In this document: positions 13,936 to 23,275 of the stretch, in pieces
Layout: every line of letters starts with the position of its first letter
Position numbering within the stretch: the stretch's first letter is position 1
NCBI GenBank assembly: GCA_037128595.1
Contig: JBAXWB010000016.1
Span: 19,819 to 83,818, forward strand
Direction of reading: 5' to 3'
Source of the DNA: a bacterium
Lineage (GTDB): Bacteria; Verrucomicrobiota; Kiritimatiellia; CAIKKV01; CAITUY01
DNA: 64,000 nucleotides
Notes under the pieces: generated by a model
What the model was told of the DNA's origin: nothing
What the model saw: the letters and a program-made list of their open reading frames with translations, nothing else
Databases searched by the model: none
Translations under genes and position numbers: made by a program

Positions 13936-14883
13936 TTAGCATTGGCCCTTGGGAATGGCAAGGCGGGTGGAGCCGGGGGAGCAGTGGTAATGCCGGTGGA
14001 AGGCCTTGGAAAACGTAAAGGGATCCGGGTAGCCGAGCCGATAGGCAATCTCCTTGATCAATAAATCGCTGTGACGGAGCAAGTTGTTGGCGGCATCCAT
14101 GCGTAAGGCGTCCCGGTAGCGGCTGGGGGTGATTCCGTACCGCCGCTTGAAGGCGCGGCTGAGGTGCTCGGCGGAAATTCCGCTACGTTGAGCGACTTCG
14201 TCGAGGGAGAGCCTGCCGGCATAGTGGGTATCCAGAAATTCATGGGCGTTGATCTCGGGCGCCTGAGGCCGGGCAGGATGCGGCTGCTGTTGCTCGCTGA
14301 TGGCTTCTGCCATAAAGGCAAACATCTGGAGAACGCCGAAGTGGATCCGTTGGATGGACGCCGGTTCATGGCTCGAGATGGCTCCGCGAAGTTCCGCCAA
14401 TATAGGCGGGAGTTTGAGCATGGCGGTTTCAGGAATGGTGAACACGGGTGGAATCGATTCCAGTGGGCGGCCGGTATAATAGGTGAGTAACTCGGCCCAG
14501 GGCGGGGGGATCCGCATGGGGTCATAGGTGAGCGTCACCGCGTGGTAGACGGTCGTTCCGGGTTTGAGGGGCAGGAAATGGTGGGTGTCCTTGGGTTCGG
14601 AAAGCACGCAGGTTCCGCGGACGGAACGGATGTTCCGGCCATTGACCCGGAACTCATTTTTGCCCTCACAGAAAATGAGCAGATGGTAAACGCGGTGCTG
14701 GTGTTCCCGCGCGCGTGAGGGGCCCTGATGTTTTTCAAATAAAATGACGTTGCTTAAGTGGAACCGGCCAGCGGCGGGATGATCCATGCAGGCGGGTGCC
14801 GGATGACTTTCCGAGGTCGGGGTAAACCGGGCGTCCAGATACGATGAATCAAATAATGACATGTCAAAATCATATAACGACAC
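13936..14883 (-). CDS. AraC-family transcriptional regulator with cupin-like N-terminal domain
   Basis: C-terminal LSLDEVAQRSGISAEHLSRAFK ... IKEIAYRLGYPDPFTFSKAFHRHYHCSP; start uncertain. Confidence 0.9.
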   Translation of the reverse strand: MSLYDFDMSLFDSSYLDARFTPTSESHPAPACMDHPAAGRFHLSNVILFEKHQGPSRAREHQHRVYHLLIFCEGKNEFRVNGRNIRSVRGTCVLSEPKDTHHFLPLKPGTTVYHAVTLTYDPMRIPPPWAELLTYYTGRPLESIPPVFTIPETAMLKLPPILAELRGAISSHEPASIQRIHFGVLQMFAFMAEAISEQQQPHPARPQAPEINAHEFLDTHYAGRLSLDEVAQRSGISAEHLSRAFKRRYGITPSRYRDALRMDAANNLLRHSDLLIKEIAYRLGYPDPFTFSKAFHRHYHCSPGSTRLAIPKGQC

Positions 14884-14919
14884 AACAATCCATGCAATGA
14901 AACGTTTATTGACATGTTA
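14857..14919. promoter_or_regulatory. Two TGACATGT(C/T)A boxes near the divergent AraC/URO-D starts
   Basis: TGACATGTCA at 14857-14866 (palindrome) and TGACATGTTA at 14910-14919. Confidence 0.35.
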
Positions 14920-14956
14920 GCGTTCCGGTATTCGAAAAACATTCAGGAGAATACAC

Positions 14957-16165
14957 ATGAGCGCATACGAGCTGGCTTCTGCAGAACAAAAGAAACAGGT
15001 GGATGATTTATTAGCTGAAACAAAAGCCAATGGATGTTTGGCCCCTGTTGATCTTGAACGATTCTGGATGGATCAGGAGGTGGCCAACCGCAATCCCTTT
15101 GGCGCGGACATCCCCCAGGTGCCGTTAGGCGCGATCTGTAACTGGGAATGTGTGTTTGATGAATTGGGCGTGCCGCAGGACTGGTGGCGGTTCCTGTATG
15201 CGGATGAAGCCTGGGCGCTTGATTTGAAGCGGCGCTATAATGATCTGTCAGAAAAGATGGTCGGCAAGCGGTTGTTGGACGAGACCCCGGTTGATCCTGC
15301 CCGGCAGTGGCCGGAGGTCAAAGAACTTTGGGAAATCTTCGAGGGGCGGAATGTATGGGAAGGCGGGCCGACGGGGTCCTGGTGGTTGCATGAAGCCGCC
15401 CACACGCCGGAGGAACTTTCCGCCCTGCTGGATCGCGTGGAGAAACGGCTGGAAGGGTTGCGTGAATTCCTGCTTCCGGCGAACTGGGCTGCGGAGAAAC
15501 AGCGCTTGAATGGACTGGGGGTCAAGCTGCCGATCTATCGCTGGCAGCGGGGACCATGCACCTTCGCCTGTTCGATCTTCGGAATCGAAAACCTACTCTA
15601 CCTTTATTATGACGATCCCGCACTGGTACGTCGGTTCAGTGATCTGATTGGCCGTGCGATTCTGGGGCGGGCCCGGATTATTGATGAGGAAGCCGGGTAT
15701 GATGAGGTCACCGCACCGCATGGCTGGGGGTGGGCGGATGATAATTGCTGTATGTTCAATGCCGAGATGTATGGGGAATTTGCCATGCCGGTCCACCGGG
15801 CGGTGATGGGGCGCTATGCACCGAATCCCGGTGATAGTCGCTACCAGCACAGCGATTCGAAAATGGACCACCTGCTGCCCCAGCTTTCAGAACTGAACAT
15901 GACCGGGGTCAATTTCGGGCCCACGCTGACGGTAAGTGAGATCCGTGAGCACTGTCCAAATGTCGTGATTGACGGACAATTAGGGCCCTTTACGTTCAGC
16001 CGGAATGAGGAAGCCAATATGGTGGCTGAATTCCTGCGTGATTTCGCACAGGCCAAAGCCAAGCGGGGACTGAGATTTGGAACCGCAGGCTCGGTCAATA
16101 ATGGAAGCCGGTTGACCGGCATGCGACTCCTGATGGCGACCATTCAGCGGTATGGCCGGTACTGA
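14957..16165 (+). CDS. Uroporphyrinogen decarboxylase-like (URO-D/MtaA/CmuA fold) protein
   Basis: RGPCTFACSIFGIENLLYLYYDDP, ADDNCCMF, YQHSDSKM, IDGQLGP; SD AGGAG. Confidence 0.72.
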   Translation: MSAYELASAEQKKQVDDLLAETKANGCLAPVDLERFWMDQEVANRNPFGADIPQVPLGAICNWECVFDELGVPQDWWRFLYADEAWALDLKRRYNDLSEKMVGKRLLDETPVDPARQWPEVKELWEIFEGRNVWEGGPTGSWWLHEAAHTPEELSALLDRVEKRLEGLREFLLPANWAAEKQRLNGLGVKLPIYRWQRGPCTFACSIFGIENLLYLYYDDPALVRRFSDLIGRAILGRARIIDEEAGYDEVTAPHGWGWADDNCCMFNAEMYGEFAMPVHRAVMGRYAPNPGDSRYQHSDSKMDHLLPQLSELNMTGVNFGPTLTVSEIREHCPNVVIDGQLGPFTFSRNEEANMVAEFLRDFAQAKAKRGLRFGTAGSVNNGSRLTGMRLLMATIQRYGRY

Positions 16166-16178
16166 ACGGGGAAATGAG

Positions 16179-16200
16179 TGGGGCCCGCGGCCGGGCCCCA
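16179..16200. terminator. GC-rich hairpin between convergent genes (terminator or GTGG-tagged REP)
   Basis: Perfect 9-bp stem TGGGGCCCG/CGGGCCCCA, 4-nt loop, no clear U tract. Confidence 0.45.
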
Positions 16201-16211
16201 GGATATTCAGG

Positions 16212-16391
16212 CTAAATCTCCTGCCGGACGAGGAGGCCTGACATCTGGTGCCGGTATTGCCGCGGAGTCATCTTCATGATCCGGCGGAACTGGCGGTTGA
16301 AGTGTGACAGGGTCTCGTAGCCGCTGGCAAAAGCGATTTCGGCGATGGACTCAGCGGGTTCGCCTAAACGCTGGCAGACCTGGGCGATCCT
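16212..16391 (-). pseudogene. AraC-family regulator C-terminal remnant
   Basis: Translates RIAQVCQRLGEPAESIAEIAFASGYETLSHFNRQFRRIMKMTPRQYRHQ...* (second AraC HTH); an in-frame stop lies a few codons upstream with no start codon. Confidence 0.8.
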
Positions 16392-16462
16392 CGGAATCGC
16401 CGTGGTGTAGTGGTGCTAAAACCTGTTTTATTGTTTTAGCAATTGATTTGGCGAAATTCTGA

Positions 16463-16487
16463 TGGAGGGTTTTGGTTCGTCAAAACC
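16463..16487 (+). repeat. REP-like palindrome, type A (loop variant)
   Basis: TGGAGGGTTTTGGTTCGTCAAAACC. Confidence 0.75.
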
Positions 16488-16530
16488 ACCGGCTGCTACC
16501 CCCAGGAGAATGGGGTGAGGGCCGCTCAGA

Positions 16531-16591
16531 GTGGCAGAGCCGCTTTCCCCAGCTCTGCGATGAATCGGCCGACAGGGACGTCGGCCGCCAC
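16531..16591. repeat. Inverted pair of GTGG-tagged REP-like hairpins
   Basis: GTGG-CAGAGC-N11-GCTCTG (16531-16556) and, on the minus strand, GTGG-CGGCCGAC-GTCCCT-GTCGGCCG (16566-16591). Confidence 0.6.
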
Positions 16592-16770
16592 CCGGGGAGG
16601 GGAGAGGGCCGGGCGGCGCCCTCCTGTTAACGGAAGACTGCGGAGGCTTGGGCCCCATTACTGGGGATCAAATCTTGAAGTTGTGTAAATTGTGTCGGTT
16701 GTGATAGATAATGAGAACTGGTTATGTGCGATGGTGGAAGCATTCAGCAAACAGCCGAAGGGATAATACG

Positions 16771-18810
16771 AGCATGAAGAACATTGCAGTGAGCGACGTT
16801 CGGAATTTCGTCTTGATGGGCCATACGGCGAGCGGAAAAACAACACTTGCGGACGCCTTGTTATTCAAGATGGGGGCCAATGACCGGTTGGGTTCCGTGG
16901 ATCAGGGGTCCAGCCTGGGCGACTATACGGATGAGGAAAAGGCCCGCAAGACCACGATCTACTCCAAGTCCTTTTGCGGCACCTATAAAAGCTCCGATGG
17001 CCACAACATGGACATCGTGTTCTGTGACACTCCCGGCTATGCCGATTACTTCGGACAGGTCATCCAGGCCAGCCGGATGGCCGGCGCCGCCCTGATTACC
17101 GTCGATGCCCATGCCGGCATTCAGCTCGGTACGATGAAGGCCTGGAAACAGGCCTCCGCGCTCGATATCCCCCGCGCGATTGTGGTGACGGGGCTGGATC
17201 GGGAAAATTCCCCGTTTGAAAAAGTCATGGCCGATATCAAGGCCACCTGGGGCGACCGCTGTATCCCCGTGCTCATGCCCTTGCCGGATAACAGCGGGGT
17301 GGTGGATGTATTGGCGGCCACCGAGGTGCCCGCTTCGGTCGAGGTGGCCCTGAAGGAAGCCAAGGGCGCGTTGGTCGAAATGGCCGCCGAAACGGATGAT
17401 ACCCTGATCGAGAAATATCTGGCCGGTCAGCCCTTGTCCGCCCGCGAAATTGCCGATGGCCTGCGTCATGCGGTGTTTGATCGCAAGCTGGTTCCGGTAT
17501 TCGCCTGCATGGCGCTGAAGAATGTTGGGGTGGGTGAACTGCTGGATGGCATCGCCCGTTTCTTCCCGTCACCGGCTGATCGTCCCGTTAAGGATGCCGA
17601 GGGCAAGCCCATTGATACGGCGCCCACCGCGCCGTTTGTCGGCTACGTCTGGCGTACCGTGAATGATCCCTTCATCGGTCACATGAGCTTCGTCTATGTC
17701 TGCGGGGGAAAGCTCAAGCCCGACATGGATGTCGTGAATGTCACCAAGGACCAGAAGGAACGGATTGTTCAGTTCGTGTCGCTGAATGGCAAAAAGCAGA
17801 CCCCCATTACAGAAGCGGAGGCCGGTGACATTGTGGCGATCTCAAAATTAAAGGTTACCGCCCTGGGTGATGCCCTGTGTCAGGCCCCGGCGAAGGCCAC
17901 GTTTGCGCCGTTCACCTTCCCCAATCCGGTGATGTGGGTGGCCGTGACGGCCAAAACCCAGGGGGATGAGGACAAGATCGGGACCGCCCTTCACAAGTTG
18001 GCTGAAGATGATCCGACGATTCATGTGGAGCGGCATGCGGATACCCATGAGACCATTCTGGCGGGCATGGGTGATACCCATCTGGCGGTCGCCGTGGAGC
18101 GCATGAAGAAGCGCAACAATGTGGATGTGGTCCTGAGCACGCCCAAGGTGGCCTATAAAGAGACGGTAACCGGCCAAGGGGACGGGCACTACAAACATAA
18201 GAAGCAGTCCGGCGGCCGGGGCCAATATGGCGAGGTCTACCTGAAGGTCGCCCCGCTGCCCGAGGGGGACGAGCATCTCTTTGTGGATGCGCTGGTGGGG
18301 GGCGCGATCCCTCATAATTTTGTGCCGGCCGTGCATAAGGGCGTTCTGGATGGAATGGCAAAGGGCTCCCTGGCGGGGTGTCCGGTGGTGGGGGTCCAAT
18401 CCACCGTCTATGATGGGTCCTACCATGATGTCGATTCGTCCGAAGTAGCCTTCAAGATTGCCGCCGGCCGGGCGTTCCGTGAGGCGATGAGCAAAGCCCG
18501 GCCCGTGCTGCTGGAGCCGATCATGTCGGTCAAGATTACGATTCCCGATCACTTCATGGGCGATATCAACGGGGACATGAGTCACCGGCGGGGTCGCATC
18601 GTCGGCATGGAGGCGGGTGAGGGACTTCAGATCATCACTGCGGATATCCCGCAGGCGGAATTATTCAATTATTGTGCCGAGCTACGCAGTATGACGGGAG
18701 GGCGGGGTTCCTTTGAGATGGCCTTTGCCCGTTACGATGTGGTCCCGTCCACAGTGGCCCAGAAGATTATTGCGGCGGCGGCCAAAAACAAAGAAGAGGA
18801 GCAGGAGTAA
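16771..18810 (+). CDS. Elongation factor G-like paralog (EF-G2 type)
   Basis: GHTASGKTT, DTPGY, YKHKKQSGGRGQYG, HDVDSSEVAFKIA, LLEPIM, LRSMTGGRG; G2 and G4 motifs diverged. Confidence 0.9.
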   Translation, partial: SMKNIAVSDVRNFVLMGHTASGKTTLADALLFKMGANDRLGSVDQGSSLGDYTDEEKARKTTIYSKSFCGTYKSSDGHNMDIVFCDTPGYADYFGQVIQASRMAGAALITVDAHAGIQLGTMKAWKQASALDIPRAIVVTGLDRENSPFEKVMADIKATWGDRCIPVLMPLPDNSGVVDVLAATEVPASVEVALKEAKGALVEMAAETDDTLIEKYLAGQPLSAREIADGLRHAVFDRKLVPVFACMALKNVGVGELLDGIARFFPSPADRPVKDAEGKPIDTAPTAPFVGYVWRTVNDPFIGHMSFVYVCGGKLKPDMDVVNVTKDQKERIVQFVSLNGKKQTPITEAEAGDIVAISKLKVTALGDALCQAPAKATFAPFTFPNPVMWVAVTAKTQGDEDKIGTALHKLAEDDPTIHVERHADTHETILAGMGDTHLAVAVERMKKRNNVDVVLSTPKVAYKETVTGQGDGHYKHKKQSGGRGQYGEVYLKVAPLPEGDEHLFVDALVGGAIPHNFVPAVHKGVLDGMAKGSLAGCPVVGVQSTVYDGSYHDVDSSEVAFKIAAGRAFREAMSKARPVLLEPIMSVKITIPDHFMGDINGDMSHRRGRIVGMEAGEGLQIITADIPQAELFNYCAELRSMTGGRGSFEMAFARYDVVPSTVAQKIIAAAAKNKEEEQE

Positions 18811-18819
18811 TCTCCGCTG

Positions 18820-19728
18820 GTGAATCCGTTTGCTGCATCCATGGCGCGTTGTGAGTTGTGTCCCCGGCAGTGCGGGGTCAACCGGGCGGACGGGCAGCGG
18901 GGATATTGCCAGGCGGGCGGAACCGTTGAGGTGTACCGGTACGGGCTGCATCACGGCGAGGAGCCGCCGGTCTCCGGACCCAAGGGATCCGGGACGGTCT
19001 TCTTCAGCCGGTGTACGTTGAAGTGTGTGTATTGTCAGAATTATCCCTGGAGCCAGGAGGGGCAGGGGCGTGCGGTTTCGGTTGAAAAATTGGCGGAAAT
19101 ACTGAAGTCGCTGGCGCTGGAGGGGTGTCATAATTGGAATCTGGTGAGCCCGACCCCCTGGCTGCCCTGGATCCATGAAGCATGGAGCCGTGTGGTTGCG
19201 GATGGACTCTCGCGGCCAATCGTGTATAACACAAGCGGTTTTGAGAGGGTTGAACAGCTTAAAGCGATGGACGGCTGGGTCAATGTGTACCTGTCGGACC
19301 TGAGATATGCGCAGGAGGCATCGGCGAAAGCCGGTTCGGATGGCGCGGGGTATGTCGGGGCATCGCGGGCGGCCTTGCTGGAAATGTGGCGCCAGACCGG
19401 CCCGTTGAAATGTGACGGGGCGGGGGTGGCGGAGCGGGGTACGATTTGCCGGATGCTGGTGTTGCCGGGCCGGGCCGAAGAGGCGGTGGCCAATCTGGAA
19501 TGGCTGGCTGAAGCGGTGGGGACTGGGATCCCCGTGAGCGTGATGGCCCAGTATACGCCGGCATACAAGGCGCTGAATGAGGCGCCCTGGAATCGACGTC
19601 CGACGCAGGATGAGTATGGTTTGGTGGTTGAGGCAATGGAGCGGTTGGGGTTTTGTGAAGGCTGGATTCAGGAGTATGAAACCCCGGCGCAGGACAGTTT
19701 GGTGGGATTCAAGATGAGTCCGGTTTAA
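18820..19728 (+). CDS. PflX-like radical SAM protein
   Basis: CELCPRQCGVNR, HHGEEPPVSG, FFSRCTLKCVYCQN, NWNLVSPT, VSVMAQYTP. Confidence 0.85.
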   Translation: MNPFAASMARCELCPRQCGVNRADGQRGYCQAGGTVEVYRYGLHHGEEPPVSGPKGSGTVFFSRCTLKCVYCQNYPWSQEGQGRAVSVEKLAEILKSLALEGCHNWNLVSPTPWLPWIHEAWSRVVADGLSRPIVYNTSGFERVEQLKAMDGWVNVYLSDLRYAQEASAKAGSDGAGYVGASRAALLEMWRQTGPLKCDGAGVAERGTICRMLVLPGRAEEAVANLEWLAEAVGTGIPVSVMAQYTPAYKALNEAPWNRRPTQDEYGLVVEAMERLGFCEGWIQEYETPAQDSLVGFKMSPV

Positions 19729-19765
19729 CCGGGTTCAAACCAGTATCAGGAAAGAGAGGAATGAG

Positions 19766-20521
19766 ATGAGCGGTCATAGTAAGTGGAAGACAATTCAGCA
19801 TAAGAAGGGCGCGGCGGATGCCAAGCGTGGTAAGATTTTCAGCAAGATGGCCAAGGAATTGATGGTTGTGGCCAAGGCGGGTGGCGGGAGTCCCGACACC
19901 AATACGGCCCTGCGCAACTTGATTATCCGTTGCAAGGCATCCAGTATGCCCAATGAAAACATTGACCGTGCCATCAAGAAGGGCACCGGCGAGCTGGCCT
20001 CCGAGGTCATGGAAGATATCACCTACGAAGGCTTTGCCGCAGGCGGCGTCGGCGTGGTGGTCAAGGTCCTGACCGACAACAAGAATCGTGCGGCGGCGGA
20101 ACTTCGCCACATCTTCTCCAAGAACGGCTCGAGCCTCGCGGCGCCGGGATCCGTCTCCCGTGGCTTCAAGCGGCGCGGCCAGATCTTTGTGGATGCGAAG
20201 TCCATCGAAGAAGACAAATTGATGGATATCGTCCTGAATGCCGGTGCGGATGACATGAGCCTGGATGGCGAACAGTACGAGATCCTCACCGATCCCAACG
20301 CGTTTCAGGGAGTGTTTGATGCCCTCGAGAAGGCCGGCATCAAGACCGATGATTCAGCGATCCGGCTGGTTCCCGAAACGTACACGGCGGTCAGCGACAA
20401 GACGGTCGCTAAAGCGGTGATGAAGTTTGTGGACACGCTCGAAGATAACGATGACGTTCAGGACGTGTATACCAACATGGATCTGGATGACAGCGTTCTG
20501 GCGCTGATCTCGGCGGAATAA
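19766..20521 (+). CDS. yebC: YebC/PmpR family protein
   Basis: MSGHSKWKTIQHKKGAADAKRGKIF, TDNKNR, LEDNDDVQDVYTN. Confidence 0.95.
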   Translation: MSGHSKWKTIQHKKGAADAKRGKIFSKMAKELMVVAKAGGGSPDTNTALRNLIIRCKASSMPNENIDRAIKKGTGELASEVMEDITYEGFAAGGVGVVVKVLTDNKNRAAAELRHIFSKNGSSLAAPGSVSRGFKRRGQIFVDAKSIEEDKLMDIVLNAGADDMSLDGEQYEILTDPNAFQGVFDALEKAGIKTDDSAIRLVPETYTAVSDKTVAKAVMKFVDTLEDNDDVQDVYTNMDLDDSVLALISAE

Positions 20522-21018
20522 TGCGCGTGCTCGGGATAGATACCTCGTTACGCTCAACAGGCGTGGGCGTGGTGGAGTCCCTTGCCGGCAAAATGATGGC
20601 GGTTGAGTACGGTCGGATCCACAACTCCGACCGTCTTTCTTTATCGGAGTGTCTCCGGCGGATTGATGGCGGGATCCGCGAGATCATTGCGCGGACCAAG
20701 CCTGAACTGGCCGCGATCGAGGATATTTTCTTTGCCAAAAATGCCCGCACGGCCATGGTGCTGGGTGAGGCGCGGGGTGTGGTGATTGCGGTCTGCGCGA
20801 CGTCCGGAATTCCGGTCTACGAATATGCACCGCGCCGGGTGAAGCAGTCCGTCACCGGGATTGGTTCCGCCGACAAGCTGCAGGTTCGCAAAATGGCCAT
20901 GGTGGTGCTCGGGTTGAAAGAGGAGCCGCAGGAGGACGCCGGGGATGCCCTGGCGATCGCCCTGTGCCATTTCAACAGCCGCAACCCGATTGCGGAATTG
21001 GCCCCGAAGCCCATCTAG
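20521..21018 (+). CDS. ruvC: Holliday junction resolvase
   Basis: MRVLGIDTS, AIEDIFF, VKQSVTGIG, DAGDALAIALCH. Confidence 0.95.
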   Translation: MRVLGIDTSLRSTGVGVVESLAGKMMAVEYGRIHNSDRLSLSECLRRIDGGIREIIARTKPELAAIEDIFFAKNARTAMVLGEARGVVIAVCATSGIPVYEYAPRRVKQSVTGIGSADKLQVRKMAMVVLGLKEEPQEDAGDALAIALCHFNSRNPIAELAPKPI

Positions 21019-21044
21019 AACCTGATGATAAACGCGAGGGACGT

Positions 21045-21644
21045 ATGATTACATTTCTTGAGGGGATCATTGAGGAGAAGGAGCCGACCCATGTGGTCCT
21101 GAATGTCGGCGGGGTGGGGTATGAGGTGGTCATCTCCCTGAGCAGTTATGACCGGCTCCCTGTGTTGGGGGCGACGGTGCGGTTATTGACGCACGACCAC
21201 ATCCGCGAGGACGAACACCGGTTGTTCGGTTTCATGACGGCGGATGAACGCCGGGTCTTCACGTTGTTGCTGGGCGTATCCGGGATTGGGCCCAAGATCG
21301 CCCTGTCCGCGCTGAGCGGCATGACGGTCCGGGAAATCAAGGTGGCGATCAAGGATGGCGATGTGAAGCGGCTGAGTTCCATCTCCGGAATCGGTAAAAA
21401 AACCGCTGAACGGATGGTGATTGAGTTGCGTGACAAATTCGGCGCTGGCGAGATCCTGGCCGCTTCCGCGACCGGCGGTCTCAACACGGAATCGGATGTA
21501 AAGCTGCGCGACGCGGTGCTGGCGTTGATTTCCCTTGGCTACAAGCGGGCCGAAGCCCAGGAGCTCGTATTGGGTGTCATTAAACAGCCCAACATGACCG
21601 CCGCCACGGTCGAAGACATCGTTCGCAAGTCCCTGGCGGGGTAG
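21045..21644 (+). CDS. ruvA: Holliday junction branch migration protein
   Basis: MITFLEGII, NVGGVGYEV, VSGIGPKIAL, GIGKKTAERMVIEL, ALISLGYK. Confidence 0.95.
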   Translation: MITFLEGIIEEKEPTHVVLNVGGVGYEVVISLSSYDRLPVLGATVRLLTHDHIREDEHRLFGFMTADERRVFTLLLGVSGIGPKIALSALSGMTVREIKVAIKDGDVKRLSSISGIGKKTAERMVIELRDKFGAGEILAASATGGLNTESDVKLRDAVLALISLGYKRAEAQELVLGVIKQPNMTAATVEDIVRKSLAG

Positions 21645-21666
21645 GCCGTCCCGGAATTGATTTCAC

Positions 21667-21733
21667 TGGAGGGCGCCGCTCTGTCGGCGCCGGTATAAAA
21701 AAAATAGTGGTTTTGACAGAGCAAAACCCTCCA
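21667..21733. repeat. REP-like doublet (type B forward, type A reverse)
   Basis: TGGAGGGCGCCGCTCTGTCGGCGCC at 21667-21691; GGTTTTGACAGAGCAAAACCCTCCA at 21709-21733. Confidence 0.85.
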
Positions 21734-21747
21734 AAGGGAGAATCAGT

Positions 21748-22284
21748 ATGGCAGAACTCAAAGGATCGAAGACGGAAAAGAATTTGCAGGACGCCTTTGC
21801 CGGCGAATCGCAGGCCCGCAACAAGTACTCCTATTTTGCCTCGACGGCGAAGAAGGAAGGTTATGAGCAGATTGCCGCGTTGTTCCTGGAGACCGCCGAA
21901 CAGGAGAAAACCCATGCCAAGCTGCATTTCAAGGCATTGAGCGGCATTGGGGATACACTGGCGAATTTGAAGGCCGCAGCAGGTGGGGAGCATGAGGAAT
22001 GGACCGAAATGTACCCCCGCATGGCCAAGGAAGCCCGGGCGGAAGGGTTTGATGAGATTGCCCGCCTTTTCGAGGGAATTGCCAAAATTGAGAAGGAGCA
22101 TGAGGAGCGTTATCAGGCCCTGTTGAAGAATCTGGAAGAGGGTAAAGTCTTCAAGAAGGACGTCAAGGTCAAGTGGCGTTGCCGCGAATGCGGTTTTGTC
22201 TACGAGGGGACCAGCGCCTTGGCCAAGTGCCCGGTGTGCCAGCATCCCCAGGCCTTTTTCGAGATTGCGGCAACCAATTATTGA
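21748..22284 (+). CDS. rbr: Rubrerythrin
   Basis: [35 protein letters not shown]-terminal rubredoxin WRCRECG...CPVCQHP. Confidence 0.93.
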   Translation: MAELKGSKTEKNLQDAFAGESQARNKYSYFASTAKKEGYEQIAALFLETAEQEKTHAKLHFKALSGIGDTLANLKAAAGGEHEEWTEMYPRMAKEARAEGFDEIARLFEGIAKIEKEHEERYQALLKNLEEGKVFKKDVKVKWRCRECGFVYEGTSALAKCPVCQHPQAFFEIAATNY

Positions 22285-22290
22285 ATGATC

Positions 22291-22321
22291 TGAATATAAA
22301 CTGCGTTTCATCCGTCTAAAC
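22291..22321 (+). promoter_or_regulatory. Candidate ECF-sigma promoter (leaderless, autoregulatory)
   Basis: TGAATATAAA-N10-TCCGTCTAAAC immediately before an ATG with no SD; identical spacing to the copy at 24288-24318. Confidence 0.6.
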
Positions 22322-22322
22322 T

Positions 22323-22910
22323 ATGGAGGCGATTGTATCAGCCGAGCTTCTTGAACGTGCCAGGAAGGGCGATGTGGATGCTTTCCTGGCATTGTTCGAG
22401 GAGTCGCGCCCGACCATTCATGCGGTGGCGTGGCGGCTGGTAGGGCCGGATGAGGCGGAAGACATGGTGATGGAAACCTATCTGCGGGCCTGGAAATCGG
22501 TTCCAGGCTTCACGGGTCGGTCGTCGGTCCGGACGTGGTTGTGCCGGATTGCGCATAACTGCTCGGTGGATTGGTTGCGGAAGCGACGTCATGTGGTTCA
22601 GCCGCTGGAAGCGGAGGACGATGAGGGGGAGAAGGGGCTTCAGTTTGCGGATCCCCGTCAACGTGAACCCTCCGAACTGATGGCGGGCGCTGAGCTTCAG
22701 GCGGCTATCAATTCTGCTCTGGAGACCGTGTCGGCCGAACATCGCGCGGTGTTGTTATTGAGATTTTCGGATGGCCTGAGTTACGCCGAGATTGCCGCGG
22801 CAACGGGAGTGTCGATCGGGACCGTGATGTCCCGGCTCTTTAATGGGCGGCGCAAACTCCTTAAGGCCTTGGCGGCTCTGGGAATAAAGACAGCAGGAGG
22901 ATGGATATGA
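22323..22910 (+). CDS. ECF RNA polymerase sigma factor
   Basis: DEAEDMVMETYLRAW, RTWLCRIAHN, LSYAEIAAATGVSIGTVMSRLFNGR. Confidence 0.92.
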   Translation: MEAIVSAELLERARKGDVDAFLALFEESRPTIHAVAWRLVGPDEAEDMVMETYLRAWKSVPGFTGRSSVRTWLCRIAHNCSVDWLRKRRHVVQPLEAEDDEGEKGLQFADPRQREPSELMAGAELQAAINSALETVSAEHRAVLLLRFSDGLSYAEIAAATGVSIGTVMSRLFNGRRKLLKALAALGIKTAGGWI

Positions 22911-23275
22911 ACAAGCGTTCATGGGCGCAAATACAGACCGGCTTGAGAAGCCGGAGGACCCCGCCTCCGCAGAATGATACGGCATCGTTTCAGCAGGATT
23001 TCAAGGCGCGTGCCACCCTGATGCGTCAGGACTCCCCGGCGGAAGGCGCGCCTCTTGGGTTCCCGGTTCTGAGTTGGCGGTATATCGCCGCTACGGTGGC
23101 GCTGTTCCTCGCGGTTGGCCTTTATTTCTGGCCGGCCTCCTCCGCGTTGGTCACCCAGGTCAAGTCCATGCAAGTCCTGGCCCCGCATAGCGGGGTGATT
23201 ATCATGACGGATGAGGATAATCCCGGGACGGTGGTTTGGGTGACGGACTTGGAGGCCGGTGAAGGGAGCACATGA
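22901..23275 (+). CDS. Putative membrane anti-sigma factor
   Basis: Overlaps sigma 3' end; single TM (YIAATVALFLAVGLYFW) followed by a short extracytoplasmic domain. Confidence 0.6.
   Translation: MDMNKRSWAQIQTGLRSRRTPPPQNDTASFQQDFKARATLMRQDSPAEGAPLGFPVLSWRYIAATVALFLAVGLYFWPASSALVTQVKSMQVLAPHSGVIIMTDEDNPGTVVWVTDLEAGEGST

Noticed and set aside
16428-16688. 76-81 aa ORFs on both strands in the intergenic mosaic
   Set aside because: Composed of hairpin repeat DNA, low complexity, no SD.
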